DNA of 63,891 bases, filler included, from Thraustochytrium aureum (lineage: Eukaryota), in NCBI GenBank assembly GCA_012862495.1. It is 8 parts of 6 records of this genome, joined end to end, with 100 filler letters (N's around TTAATTAATTAA, not from the genome) between each part and the next. Parts side by side here need not be neighbours in the genome. Positions count along the whole stretch, not along the records: positions 20,832 to 28,025 come from BLSG01000419.1; positions 28,126 to 57,752 come from BLSG01000420.1; 6 more parts are not named here. One strand, given 5' to 3'. Both the position numbers and the translations under genes were made by a program. The stretch's first letter is position 1. The number at the start of each line of letters is the position of its first letter. Shown here piece after piece: positions 24,383 through 36,010 of the stretch. The notes under the pieces are model-generated. The model did no database searches. It was given only the letters and a program-made list of their open reading frames with translations, and was not told the DNA's origin.

Positions 24383-24724
24383 TTATCTCTGTGGCGCTTG
24401 AGGCATGCCGAGTTGCGCAAGGCGAGCTCGCAATTCCAAGTTGTGAAACACGCTGAGCAGCGCCTCTTGATGCTCACATACGAGGAACAGAATGAGGGTG
24501 ACGATCGCCGCGCCGACAATCGGTCCCCACTCTACCTCCTCGCGCGCCCGCTTGCGCGGTGCCAGTTGCTGCCTATTTGCGAGGTATTGTAGCTTTGCGA
24601 CAGGGTTTGGCGATGACTTTGCCTGTGCCCTCGCCTTTTCAAATCGGTGCCTCTGGACTGCTTGCTTGACAGTGTCCACCCAGGGCTCGGTCGGATGGAT
24701 CGTTGCACCTCGCGTCTTGTCCAT
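24383..24724 (-). CDS. Small hypothetical single-pass membrane protein (about 113 aa)
   Basis: MDKTRGATIHPTEPW... with hydrophobic WGPIVGAAIVTLILFLVC; convergent with the upstream gene. Confidence 0.55.
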   Translation of the reverse strand: MDKTRGATIHPTEPWVDTVKQAVQRHRFEKARAQAKSSPNPVAKLQYLANRQQLAPRKRAREEVEWGPIVGAAIVTLILFLVCEHQEALLSVFHNLELRARLAQLGMPQAPQR

Positions 24725-25023
24725 CTCCGCGAGTTCGCCTGCCGCTTGCAACCCAGATCGGTTGCTCTCCCCCGCTGTGCCAAGTGGCGGCGGTTGCCGC
24801 GTAGCCTGCCTTGCCCAGCGCAGGGGCCGACACCCCCTGCTATTCCAGCTCCTGCTCGCACTGACAGTATTCGACGGCAACACCGGCGCCGCCTTTCGCG
24901 ACCACGGCCGCTTGCCCTTTCGAGCTTGTATTGATTGTTCCAGCAGCGAACTGGGGCGAGACGTGACAACTGCGTCCGCGCTGTGCAGCTCGACCTGGCG
25001 CAACAAAAGCCCACGACCGGCGT

Positions 25024-25065
25024 GCAAAGCAAAGCAATGCAATGCAATGCAATGCAAAGCAATGC
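25024..25065. repeat. (GCAAT/GCAAA)n pentanucleotide repeat
   Basis: gcaaagcaaagcaatgcaatgcaatgcaatgcaaagcaatgc. Confidence 0.8.
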
Positions 25066-25750
25066 GAGCACTGGCATCACAGCCGCCAACAACGGCGGCA
25101 TCCACCAGCACCGGCACACGGACAGACAGAACGAAGCCCCAATCGGCCGCCATCTCCAGCAGCCCGCTCCAACGCCTCTTTCCCACCGGCCCCAGGTCAT
25201 GCAGAGGTCGGTCCCAGGGCCGTCGGGCCATTAAGGCGGTTCCTTTCTATCATCGTTTCAGCGCCGCCTTGTCGACGTGGAGCAGGTTTGGTAGCGCGGC
25301 GCTGGCCGGGGCGCCGACCCGCGCCAAGGTGGGGCCGAGCGTAAGGTGGAGGGCGGGCGAAGGAGAGGAACGGGACACGGAAGCAGACAGACCCCCAAGC
25401 GCAGCGGCAGCGGAGGCAGCAGCAGCGGAGGCAGCAGCGGGCGGCGGTGGCCAACGCGAGGCAGCGCTCGCGGGGCAGCGTTCGCGAGGCAGCGGGGAGG
25501 TTTGGGTCGGAGGTAGGCCTTGCTTTTGGGGGCTCGGCCTCTGCTGGCTTGGGTTGGGTTTGGCCCCGTGTCANNNNNNNNNNNNNNNNNNNNNNNNNNN
25601 NNNNNNNNNNNNNNNNNNNNNNNNNNNNNNNNNNNNNNNNNNNNNNNNNNNNNNNNNNNNNNNNNNNNNNNNNNNNNNNNNNNNNNNNNNNNNNNNNNNN
25701 NNNNNNNNNNNNNNNNNNNNNNNNNNNNNNNNNNNNNNNNNNNNNNNNNN

Positions 25751-27401
25751 AGCGGCACGGGGCCAGCGGCGGTGGCGTGCAGGCGGACGGGGGCGGATGG
25801 GAGCGTGACGACGAATTTGGAGGTGGTGCTGCCGAGCGCGGTGAGGCAGGAAGCGGTGTATCATCGTGATGCGATGTTTGGGACGCCGTTTAGCACGCGG
25901 GAGGTGGTGGGGCAGATCTATTACGTCCCCGGGGACGCCTGCAACGATGCGAGCTACAAGAACGTGCCCGCTCCAACTGCGGGGTCCATGCCGCGCATCT
26001 ATCTGGTGAACCGCGGCGAGTGCCCCTTTGCGGCGAAAGCCCGGCTTGCGCAGCATTTCAACGGGTACGGACTGATCGTTGCCGACACAAAGTGCCTCGT
26101 CAGCCCCGATCGGGTTGACCAGTGGGGCTCGCTCAAGGACAAATATTGCAAGGAGACCGAGACGATCCTCCCTTACATGGCGTACGACAACGCCGGGCAC
26201 GACGTGACCATCCCGGCCTTCTTGGTGACCAAGTGGGACGGGAAGACGCTGAAGGACTGCTTTTACAAGGCCAACAACACGAACGCGGCGGACATTGTGG
26301 CCATGGAGGGGCCCGGGTACGAGCTGGACACGAAAGAAAGGGGTGCAGTGTCGACTCGACGATCCTCGTCAAGCTGTCGCTCGACATCCCGGCGACGCGC
26401 CGCGAGGTGAACTACGAGCTGTGGATCTCCGCGGACGACATGCCTGACGAGCTGCCCACAATGGCCGCTGTGGCCTCTGCCCTGCGCGAGAGCGCCAGCT
26501 TCACCCCGCGCTTTTTGGTGTACGACCTCGCCTTCATCGGGTGCGATGGAAACAAGTGCGAGACACTCGACATGTGCGTCATGTCAGGGGACAAAAAGTC
26601 GGGGTTTTGCGCGATCCCAAAGAACAAGGAGATGACCGGCAAAGCCGTAGTGGAGGAGAATATCCGCCAGCTCTGCGTCTGGGACAAAGTGGCATCCAAG
26701 TCAAAGTCGAGCCAAGCCCTCTGGTGGGCCTATGCGCTACAGTACCAACTGTGCGTCAAGGAGGTTCGATCTGGCAAGGGTTGTGCAGATCGCGCTCTCG
26801 ACCTGGAGGGGATCCGCGAAAGCAAGAGCGCTATCGCAGACTGCGTCACCAAGGAGATGTCAGAGCAAAAGCTGCTCGCCGCGATGTACCAGCAGCTCGG
26901 CGAGGAGCATGTTTTCTCCAAGACGTTGGTCGTCAACACTGTCCGGGTCGACTTTGGGCTCACTGGCATCTTCATGGCCCGGGCGATTTGCGACGGCTAC
27001 GAGAACGGCTTTGAGCCGGACGTGTGCAGGTGCCTTACAGCAGCTTCGACGGACGATGGGCTCTCCAAGTGCGTCCAGTCCAAGTGCTACACCGACAAAG
27101 CCAAGCCATACAACTGCCCGGGCACCGATGTCTGCGTAGCGGACCTGCAGAAGTGCAACGACAGCGGCGGGGTGTCAGGCTGGGGCGTGTTTTTATCGTG
27201 CTGTCGCTTGCCACTGTATCTGCTGGGGCTTTCCTCGTGTACCAGCGGCGGACGCGTCGCCAGATCCAGGAGGAGGTCCGCGACATTCTCAGCGAGTATG
27301 TCCCTTTGGACGCCTTTTCGACGCAGGGCCGCGGCGAGGGGAACGACCAGTACGCGCGGTTCAGCAACGCGCCTGACGGGGACACCGTCGGGGTCATCTA
27401 G
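25751..27401 (+). CDS. VSR: Vacuolar sorting receptor (PA domain, thioredoxin-like domains, TM, YxxL tail); start in or before the gap, two frame breaks
   Basis: AMFGTP, IYLVNRGECPFAAKARLAQ, VTIPAFLV, GKAVVEENIRQLCVW, WWAY, TLVVN, RAICDGY and cytosolic EEVRDILSEYVPLD (plant VSR EIRAIMAQYMPLD). Breaks lie near 26340 and 27190. Confidence 0.9.
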
Positions 27402-27539
27402 CGAGCTGGCGGCGCTGCAGCGCGGCGATGGGCCCGAGCTCCTGCGCTCGCGCCTCTAAACGGCAAACTAAGCTTGATTTTACACAACGCTTCCTCGCTC
27501 ACCAGCGCGCGCCGCCACGGCGCGCTCCAGCATCGACGA

Positions 27540-28025
27540 TCAAATCGTGGACGGCGCGGCCTGCTCCCAGGTCTTGATCGAGACGGCAGCGCTGACCTCT
27601 GTCCCCGAGAAGGCCCGCACGAAGTCGGCAAGGGAGATCTTGCCCGTACCCTGAGCGGTCCACTTCGTCGATCATTCGCGCCGCAATTGCGTTGAGCTCC
27701 TCCTCCTCAATGTTGACCCCCGCCATCTCCTTGAGCACCGCATAAAGCTCTTTGGTCGAAAGATATCCGTCCTGGTCCGTGTCGAACAGGGCGAAGAGGA
27801 CGCGCAAGCGCTCCTCCTCGTGGTCGGCGGCGCCTGGCGCTCCCGGGTCTGGCACGTCAAACACAGACAGCAGTTTGAGAAAGTCGGCAAAGTTGATGCG
27901 GGACGACTCCGCGAACCCAAAGTGCGCCACGATGCGGTCCACGAGCGGGTTCATGGACAGCTCCGGAATATTCAGAAGGTCGCTCCTCGTGATCGGTCCC
28001 GTTTCCGCCTGTCCAGCCTCCTGAA
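27540..28025 (-). CDS. Calcineurin B / CHP-like EF-hand protein; 5'-partial, one frame break
   Basis: IPELSMNPLVDRIV, INFADF, LRVLFALFDTDQDGYLS and MIDEVDRSGTGKISLADF (after removing one base at 27649-27651), ending TGA at 27540. Confidence 0.85.
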
Positions 28026-28539
28026 NNNNNNNNNNNNNNNNNNNNNNNNNNNNNNNNNNNNNNNNNNNNTTAATTAATTAANNNNNNNNNNNNNNNNNNN
28101 NNNNNNNNNNNNNNNNNNNNNNNNNTCGCTTGCTCAGTCGCTCGCTTGCTGCGGGTCAGCGGAAAAACCTGCCAGTGCCTTGCTGTTGTTTCTTGAAATC
28201 AAGATTGTGCTTGATCAATCAAGACAAGAATTTCAAGAGAAAAAATCAATGAAATTCTGGTGATGTACGAACAAAGAGCTGTTCTGCTGCGAGGACAACA
28301 AGCGCTCGTTCGCTCGTGGGCGCCAGCAGCTGGAGCTGCAGTCCTGGACTAGCGCGCGTGGGCAGCGACGGCGCAGCTAGCGAAAGCGCTGGGCGGCGAT
28401 AGGTTGTCGTTCGCCAACAGCGCACTCGCGTCGGACGGCGCCTTGGCCGCGTTCGAGCGCGTGCGAACACATCCGGTCCGAAAGGTCGGCCGGTGCGCGC
28501 TGGGCCGAGCTGCGCGAGAGACCCCAGGAGGGCAGGGGG

Positions 28540-30930
28540 ATGGCGGGCCCGGGCGAACCCGCTCGATTGACGTCCCCCTCAGCACCAGTGACGGTCCCAG
28601 AGCAAGTCCGGTCGAAATGCACCTCGCTTCGCGTTCAAATCGAGGCGTGGTGCGAAAAACTGGTCGCGCACTCGCGCACGTTCCACTTGAATCAAACAAC
28701 GATCGACGAGGAAGCCCAAGCTCTCTGCCAGCAAGTATGCTCCCGCATGCACGCAAACCTCAAGACCACGGCAACAATCAGCCCGGGCGTCCAGCGGCTG
28801 CAGGCCATACAAAAGGGACTTGAGGCCGAGGCCCAGGCCATTCAAGACAAGCTCGCGTTGTTCAATATCGAGGGCCCAGGCCTGGCGAAGCGGGCTGCAG
28901 ACGGCCGAGAGCTTGCCGCGCTGGCGGCCAAGACCTGGGTTCGGGACCTGGAGGCACTTGTGGAGGACATCAGCATTGAGCAGTCGTCGACTGTGGATGT
29001 TCTCCTCGGCTTGGACGACCAAGCCAAGACCAAGCTCAAGTCCCAAGTAACCGATCTTGTTAGCAGCGGATTGGCCATGTCCCCGCTGACCCCTGAGCAG
29101 AACGAGCTCGTGCACGAGCAGGGTAGGGTCTGGGCCGGGGTCACGGATCCGTTGGATGCTATTTCTGCGGCCAGCGCCTCGCGGGTTGCCGAGGAAAAGT
29201 TCAAGATGATTGCAAGGGACCTTGGCCCGGATGGCCCCAGCGTCGAGTCGCTCAAAGCCCTCCCGGTGATTGGCAATATGGTCATCCGGGACGCTCGTGT
29301 TGCGATTCTGTCGCTCTTCAAGCTCATAAGCAACACGCCGACAGGGAGCTCGGCAGGAGGGGCCAAGGCGCGCGGCTCATCGTCAACCGAGGGGAGTCAG
29401 TCGGAGGCAAACGAGGATGAGGATCTCGTGAGGAACCACGGTGACTCGCAATCAAGGTCCAAGCACACGTCAAAAAAGGCGCCTGCGAGGCCTGGGCGGC
29501 CCCGCCGCCTAGCGGCGCTCAGTGAAGACCTCCTCGAAGGGGTCGAGGACGATGCCGTGGAAGGTCTCGGGTCTCTCTTGGAGAGCTCGCCACGGCTCAA
29601 GGACAGCGTTAAGCGCGAGTCTGCTTCCGCGCTCGCCACGTTCTCTGACGCGAAGCGGGGCCGCGAGCAAGGCGGCTTGGGAGACGTTTCGGAAGCACAG
29701 CTGAAGAAGCGCAAAAGCAAACTGTCAACCAAGAGCGAATCGGAGGTCGAAAGCAGCAAGCGGTGGAAGGCGGACAAGCCTACGAATAAATCGGCCAAGG
29801 CCCAAAAGCACAGTCTCGCCACTGACGACGCGACCTGCTATCCCAGCGCGGACATCGACGGTTCGGCAGCCCAACGAGTGCTCGAAACGCCGCCGCGCGA
29901 GTCGGGGTCGTACACCAAGGGCCAGCTGGTCACGATCGTCGACATACTGCTCAAGCGCGCCTCGCCCCGAGGCAGCCAGGCCAAAGTCAGTACGCGCGTA
30001 TTTGTGGCTCGCATGTTTGCCGCCGCTGGGCTGCTCGAGAACCCGCCCGTCATCCCTGAAGACGAGGGGGTGTGGCTCAAGGGGCTCCAGTTTGGCGGGT
30101 GGGCCAAACTAATTGATAGCCGCTCGCGCGCGCTCGCCGTCATCATGGCTCTACGCGGCGTGGCAAGGCGGTTTCCGCGAAAGTTTGACGAGCTGCTGCC
30201 GCATGTTCGCCCAGCGACGGTCACATTCCACTCGCTTTACCGCATCAAGGACATGCAGGCCAACGATTTCGCCTCTGTGGTGGACGAGGACTTGGGCCGC
30301 TCGTTCCCAAGGCTGTATGGCCTTTCGTGCACCGTGGTTAAAAACCACATGATGAGGTGGCTCGCTAGCCCCAACCAGGCGCAGGCGCGCAGGTTTTTGC
30401 GCCCTTTGGTGCGTGCCTCGCTTGAGAGCCGCCTCTCCGCCGACGACGCGCCGGATCTCGGATTGGGGCAGCTGGAGCAGCTGCTCAACCCCTTCGTGTC
30501 AAATTTTGCGCGCGCGTCGCGCTACGAGGCGGACATGGACCGCCTCCTCAATGTGCGGGACGAAGCATGTTGGGCCGTTGTTTGCCAACTCTGCAAGGCA
30601 CTCGCAGAGCACATCGAGCAGCTTCGCCCCAAGGAGGTTGTCTCGGCCTTTCCGTCGGCGCTCATCGCGGATTGGGACGGTCTCTGGACCGTTGAGATCC
30701 CGGACGGCAACCCCAAAGCAAAGCGCTTGCGTCAGCCGCCAACTCCGCGCAACGCACAAGACTTGTCCTGGGAGGACTTTGTCTTTGCGCCAGTAAACGT
30801 GGGCAAGTGCCGGCCTATCTTCCAGCTAGTTCTCAAGACGTTCCAGTCCTGCGGCGTGCTTCCGCCTGTTTCCCCTGCGCAGCAGCCGAAGGCCGCCTCG
30901 TCAACGATTCTAAAACGAAACGATATATGA
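28540..30930 (+). CDS. Hypothetical protein, 796 aa (N-terminal coiled coil, basic/disordered middle, helical C-terminal domain)
   Basis: Long uninterrupted ORF with protein-like composition and an LKKRK NLS-like patch; no family recognised. Confidence 0.8.
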   Translation: MAGPGEPARLTSPSAPVTVPEQVRSKCTSLRVQIEAWCEKLVAHSRTFHLNQTTIDEEAQALCQQVCSRMHANLKTTATISPGVQRLQAIQKGLEAEAQAIQDKLALFNIEGPGLAKRAADGRELAALAAKTWVRDLEALVEDISIEQSSTVDVLLGLDDQAKTKLKSQVTDLVSSGLAMSPLTPEQNELVHEQGRVWAGVTDPLDAISAASASRVAEEKFKMIARDLGPDGPSVESLKALPVIGNMVIRDARVAILSLFKLISNTPTGSSAGGAKARGSSSTEGSQSEANEDEDLVRNHGDSQSRSKHTSKKAPARPGRPRRLAALSEDLLEGVEDDAVEGLGSLLESSPRLKDSVKRESASALATFSDAKRGREQGGLGDVSEAQLKKRKSKLSTKSESEVESSKRWKADKPTNKSAKAQKHSLATDDATCYPSADIDGSAAQRVLETPPRESGSYTKGQLVTIVDILLKRASPRGSQAKVSTRVFVARMFAAAGLLENPPVIPEDEGVWLKGLQFGGWAKLIDSRSRALAVIMALRGVARRFPRKFDELLPHVRPATVTFHSLYRIKDMQANDFASVVDEDLGRSFPRLYGLSCTVVKNHMMRWLASPNQAQARRFLRPLVRASLESRLSADDAPDLGLGQLEQLLNPFVSNFARASRYEADMDRLLNVRDEACWAVVCQLCKALAEHIEQLRPKEVVSAFPSALIADWDGLWTVEIPDGNPKAKRLRQPPTPRNAQDLSWEDFVFAPVNVGKCRPIFQLVLKTFQSCGVLPPVSPAQQPKAASSTILKRNDI

Positions 30931-31299
30931 GCGCGTGCAGCCACCGTCACTACGGCAGCGTTTGGACGTCACGAGCTCTACTCTTCAAGGGTAACCTATA
31001 ACTCGTTCTCGCTCAGTGTCCAACAAAGTTGAACGAAATGGCGCTGCCGGACCTTGCCCGCGGCAGACAGGGTCAGCTGGAGCGACTCGCTGCGCCACCG
31101 CGAGGGCGCAAGGGGGAGAGTAACTGAGTACCCCTCCGTCCGCAGACCGGCCCAGACTCAGACGCCGATCCGACACGAAGGCTTTGNNNNNNNNNNNNNN
31201 NNNNNNNNNNNNNNNNNNNNNNNNNNNNNNNNNNNNNNNNNNNNNNNNNNNNNNNNNNNCAGACTCAGACGCCGATCCGACACGAAGGCTTTGCGTCTC

Positions 31300-33392
31300 A
31301 TGGGAGACGACACTTCTGAGCCCACTTGGGCTCTGCGGCAGGACGCCGTAGCCGCGGTGCTGGCCGACCGCGTGGGCCGCAACCAGCCTTCGCTCTTGCT
31401 CGACCGCGACGGCGCTGGCAAGACGGTGGCTGCGCTCAAGGCGCTTGCGCAGGTGTGCGACCGTCGTCCAAGCGGCGGTGGCCGTCTCGTCCCGCGAGCG
31501 CCCGCGCGCACGGAGGACCGCGAGAGGGTCCAGGCGATCGCAGCCAAGGAGAGCGTGCATCGCGCCGCCGAGATTGTCGCGCACGCCCTCGACCTCGCTG
31601 CGCTTGGGGATGAGCACGTTAAAAAGTGCAGGGATGCTTGGCAAGCCACAAAGCGCGCTTGGCTCACGCTCCACCCCGGAACCCGCTCGTGCCATACCCG
31701 CAAGAGTCTGTGCACGCCTACGCGCTTGGGACGACCCTCATGCACGCCCTCCTCGTGAAAGAGGTTGTCAAGATGGCGAGCGGTGCGGTCCCAGGCCGCG
31801 TGCTTGCCCTTTGCGGCGGGTCCGGCGCGGAGGTCGTCGCGCTCCGGCTGTGCTTGGGCGAGACTGCGCAGGTTGAGCAGCCAGCAGCACAAGCAGCAGC
31901 AGCAGCAGTCCACGTCGACGTGGTCGACCTCCACGAGGAGTGGAAATCAGTTTCGCGCTGGCTCGCCTCAAGAGAAGCTGAAACAAGTGCAGGTGCTCGG
32001 CCTGCAAAGCGCCCACGGCAGCACTCGACACCCTCAGTCTCGAGCAGTTTCCACAGGCTGGACCTTCTCCACGGCGATCGCTCCCAAGTCTCTCGACTCG
32101 TCGCCCTAGCCGACGTCGTGCTTCTCGTATATGGCCTCACAGAGCTCCACGACGCAAGCCGCAGCGCCTGCGCCGCGCTGGTCCGCGACACGCTCGGTGC
32201 CTTGCAGAGTCACGCTTGCCTTGTGGTGGTCGATCCACTGAAGACGTGCCACGGCAAGGCCGCTTGGCTTGGCGCACTGGCAGGGTCAGTTGGGGCCGTG
32301 ACAGATGAGCGGCGGCTCAAGGTCACAATGGCGGCCGACGACGTCGCGACGAGTGCGGTCTGTCCGTGGATCCACCGCATGGGCCTCGAGTTAAATGAAG
32401 ATATCAAGTTGTCGGTCAACGTGTGGTGCCACATCATCCGTCCACGTGTCCCGGGAACAGGAACGGTGCTGAACGTCGCTCCGCCCGCAGCTCTGGCGAC
32501 GCCAGGCTTGGGACTCGTTCTCGTCCAGACGCCGGAGCACGCAGCCGCGGCCTTGGCGTGGCTCAAAGGGATAGACGAGTCACTTGGAGCGATTTCGCTT
32601 TTGGGGCTCTGCCAAGCCCACTCGTCCACTGAGACCAAAAGCGCCCTCTGGCACATGCAAACGGCGCTCACTCCCACTTCACCCGACCGCGCAGAGGGCG
32701 TTGCGATAGTCACTTTTGCGCAGGCCGAGATTATCGTGGACCTACAGCACGAATTGTGCTCGCTGCTGCGCACTGCGCGCTGCGCTATTTTGGACAGCGC
32801 TGATGCCGTGCTTGCATTTTCAAGCGACAAGCGGGCCCGTCAGACCCTCAGAAAGCTTTCAGCCATCCTTCCGCCGCCCGGCCGCACAATAGCAGTGTCT
32901 GGCAACCCCAAGTATGTTTGCCGCACGCTGGAGACTCTGCTCGCCTCGCCTCCGCCGCTTGAGACCGTTTTCTCGCTTTTCATGGCGCCAGAGCGCGTCT
33001 CGCGCATGCTTGCGCCGCAGGACGGCACAGGGGCCTGGGATCTTGACAAGGTGCACGAGTGCCTGGCCGAATCGTTCGGGCTGCAGGCGTCAGTTTGCAC
33101 GAGCTGCGTGAATTGCACAGGGCTGCTCCAGCCAGCAAGCGCCCACCATGTGGTGCTTGACCGCGCTGCTCAGGTCAACTCGGGCAAGGCTTGGGCGGCC
33201 GGCACGTTCCGAGCGTTGCGAGACTCGCCCTGGCCGCTGCCAGAGCCGTGCCGCGACCTTGTTTTCCTGCATGCAAAGCAACTTCCAGAGCCTCGTCGTG
33301 CTGAGCTCGAGCTCCTCGCTCTCTCTCGGCTTGCCCCCGTCACCAAGGCGCCGGGCGAGCTGCGCGTCCACTTTCACCAGCCGTCGCGCTAG
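31300..33392 (+). CDS. Class I SAM-dependent methyltransferase (Bmt6/Rsm22-like) fused to an unrecognised C-terminal region; start uncertain, one frame break
   Basis: AYA...RVLALCGGSGAEVVAL (motif I), VDVVD, FHRLDLL, ADVVLLVYGLTEL and LVVVDP follow the Rossmann MTase strand order. There is a break near 31675. Confidence 0.65.
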
Positions 33393-34080
33393 CTCTTGCA
33401 GTTAGGTGGTAGAAGAAACGAACGAGCGGGGATAGGTTGGTGCATTCCTCTCCGCCTTTTGCGTTGCCCGCACGATTTCTCTGCCATGGAATTCGAACGG
33501 CCGAGTTGACTTTCAACGATCTCCAGCCAAGTCCACAGTCACCTGATGACGGCATCCCGCAAAATCACAGTGCATCATCACGCTTGTTCGCCAAGCCATG
33601 ACGCGATCTGCTCGTCACGAGCGACCAACTCGCTGTTGCTCGAGTATCAGCGAACTTGGTTTTCTTGCCAAGGGTCGATTCCAATGCGGAGAGGCTCCCT
33701 GCCTGCCTCCCTGCACAGCGAAACTCGGCCCGTCCGACTCGGCTCGACCCTCGCCTCAATCAAAACACGTCGTACGGAGTGTGACCAAACGACAACGAAA
33801 GGTCCGTTGAAGTTTGAGCGGATCTCTTGATGGCCGGCCCGACCGCAGCGCAAACCCGCTGCGCGAGCGCTGATACGCGCAGCCGCCGGCCTCCTCGCGG
33901 CTGCAGACGGCGCTGTTTGGCGCTCGCACGCACCCGCGCGGGTGTTCGCAGCGCTGCACACCGGCTGTGTGTGTCTGTGTGTGTGTGAGCTGTCGTTGCT
34001 GGTCGGTCCCTGCACCAGGCGACTGTCTCTTGGCGCACAAGGACGTGCAGTGGCCGCGTCACGGACGCGCTGCAGGGAAG

Positions 34081-35262
34081 ATGCAGTCGACCGAGTGCTG
34101 CGAGCGCAGCACACCAGTCAGCGTTGGCAGCGAGAGCGAGGAAGCGATGAAGGAGCAGCTCAATCAGGAGCGACGACTGTCGCAAGAGCTTCGTGGGAAA
34201 ATAGACGAGCTCGAGGCCGAGCTCGCCAGAGCGGCGCAAAGTCCTCAGAAAGCCACAACGACCGCCATTGGCGCCGCAGACGCAAACGTACGCGACCTCG
34301 AGAGAGAGCTGTCGTCGCTCAAGGTCGACAAGATGTCGCAAGCACTCGAGTTGGACGAGTGCCGCCGCGAGCTCGCCTCCCTCCGGCAAAGACTAAGCGA
34401 GGAGAAACGCACGCGTCGAGCGCTCGAACAGGGCCTCCTCGCCCACGTTGGCGTCGATATGATGGACTCTGCAAGCGTGAACGGAGATTCAGACGCTTCG
34501 AGGCGACCGGGGCCTCGCGACTCGATGGCGATCAACGCCAAAAATATGACCACCAGCAAAAACGGCCTGGTTCTGCCCACTGCGATATACCTCAACCCGA
34601 CGCGGGCCAAAAATGCGGGGCCGTCTGTGGTCGTTGAATTCCCCCAATCTCCCAGGCCGCCACAAGGCTCCAAGCGCGGCGGCCAGAACGCGGCAGTCGA
34701 CTCGATTCTTTTCAATCAGCGAAGGCTGGTCAAGGAGAAGGTCCACGCTGATCGAAAGCCAGAACGTCCAACTCGTCGCGCGGTCGACTCTATCGCTGTG
34801 CACAAAAAGCATGCGGCGACGCGCACAGGGAAGAACTCTGCCGCGAGCGCTCTCCTCTCTCTAGGGCGAAAGGCTGTCGCTGCGAAGCCGGCACGGCGAG
34901 TGCGCGACTCGATCGCGGTGCACAAAAGAAAAGCAGTCAGGCAATCCGATGGCCAAACCGATGGGGCTCTCGTCGCGCACTTGGAGGACGACGACCATGA
35001 GCTCCCGCGGCCACGTCGCCGCAGCTCTTTGGACGTGCGCGTTCACAACAAGGCCGGCGCTTCAGACAGCTCTGGAAACCGGATAAACGATGCTACTTTA
35101 AACCTGAGCTTCAAAGCGGACTCTTCTGCTTCATTCGCAGCCTTGTCTGCGTTGGTCGGCGACGAGGGAGAGGACGAGTCAAATACGGCAACGTCAACTG
35201 CGGGATCTGTCGTTGACCGTGGGGCCTGCGAAATCCAACTAAGCTCAAGTGACTTGCGGTAG
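34081..35262 (+). CDS. Hypothetical coiled-coil protein with repeated DSIAVHKK-like motifs
   Basis: Heptad region EQLNQERRLSQELRGKIDELE...RRALEQ, followed by five related basic repeats. Confidence 0.75.
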   Translation: MQSTECCERSTPVSVGSESEEAMKEQLNQERRLSQELRGKIDELEAELARAAQSPQKATTTAIGAADANVRDLERELSSLKVDKMSQALELDECRRELASLRQRLSEEKRTRRALEQGLLAHVGVDMMDSASVNGDSDASRRPGPRDSMAINAKNMTTSKNGLVLPTAIYLNPTRAKNAGPSVVVEFPQSPRPPQGSKRGGQNAAVDSILFNQRRLVKEKVHADRKPERPTRRAVDSIAVHKKHAATRTGKNSAASALLSLGRKAVAAKPARRVRDSIAVHKRKAVRQSDGQTDGALVAHLEDDDHELPRPRRRSSLDVRVHNKAGASDSSGNRINDATLNLSFKADSSASFAALSALVGDEGEDESNTATSTAGSVVDRGACEIQLSSSDLR

Positions 35263-36010
35263 AAATGGCTTGGCAACACTGTTTCCCAACTCGGTCATTC
35301 CCCGATTCGGCAGCCCAATCGGCGAGCCACAGCTCGAGTTCGAGCGCAGTGGCTCCAGCTTCATGAGGCCAGCAATCGAAAGGACAGAACGCAGGAAACA
35401 CAAACAAAGCAAACAAAGCACAAGCCAATGAGCGAATTGTGAGTAGGTAGAGTAGAGTAGTAGGGTACTCTAGAGTGCGTTGCTCCGCCAGGCTCATTTT
35501 GTGCGTGCTGTCAGACCTTGTTTTCCCACGGGCAGCAGCGATGGGCACCTCCGATGCCGGGTCCAGTTCCGTTTGTGCAAATGTGGCAGCGAACGAGCTC
35601 TATGTTCACGATGAACAAAGGAATAAAAGCGGAAACTGGTGGCTCAAGGCGCAGGGAGGCTTTGCTCTCGCCGATCACGCGCCGCGTAGGCAANNNNNNN
35701 NNNNNNNNNNNNNNNNNNNNNNNNNNNNNNNNNNNNNNNNNNNNNNNNNNNNNNNNNNNNNNNNNNNNNNNNNNNNNNNNNNNNNNNNNNNNNNNNNNNN
35801 NNNNNNNNNNNNNNNNNNNNNNNNNNNNNNNNNNNNNNNNNNNNNNNNNNNNNNNNNNNNNNNNNNNNNNNNNNNNNNNNNNNNNNNNNNNNNNNNNNNN
35901 NNNNNNNNNNNNNNNNNNNNNNAGGCAGGCAGGCAGGCAGGCAGGCAGGCAGCCCCCCCACACACTAGCACGTCGGCCGAAAGAGAGCCCTCGCGGCACC
36001 GCTCGCCAAG

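Noticed and set aside
25751..27401. Plant-type VSR as horizontal transfer from plants
   Set aside because: VSR homologs are already known in stramenopiles and alveolates.
31153..31293. 34-bp direct repeat flanking an N gap (cagactcagacgccgatccgacacgaaggctttg) as a target-site duplication
   Set aside because: The identical sequence ends one contig and starts the next, which indicates an unmerged contig overlap.
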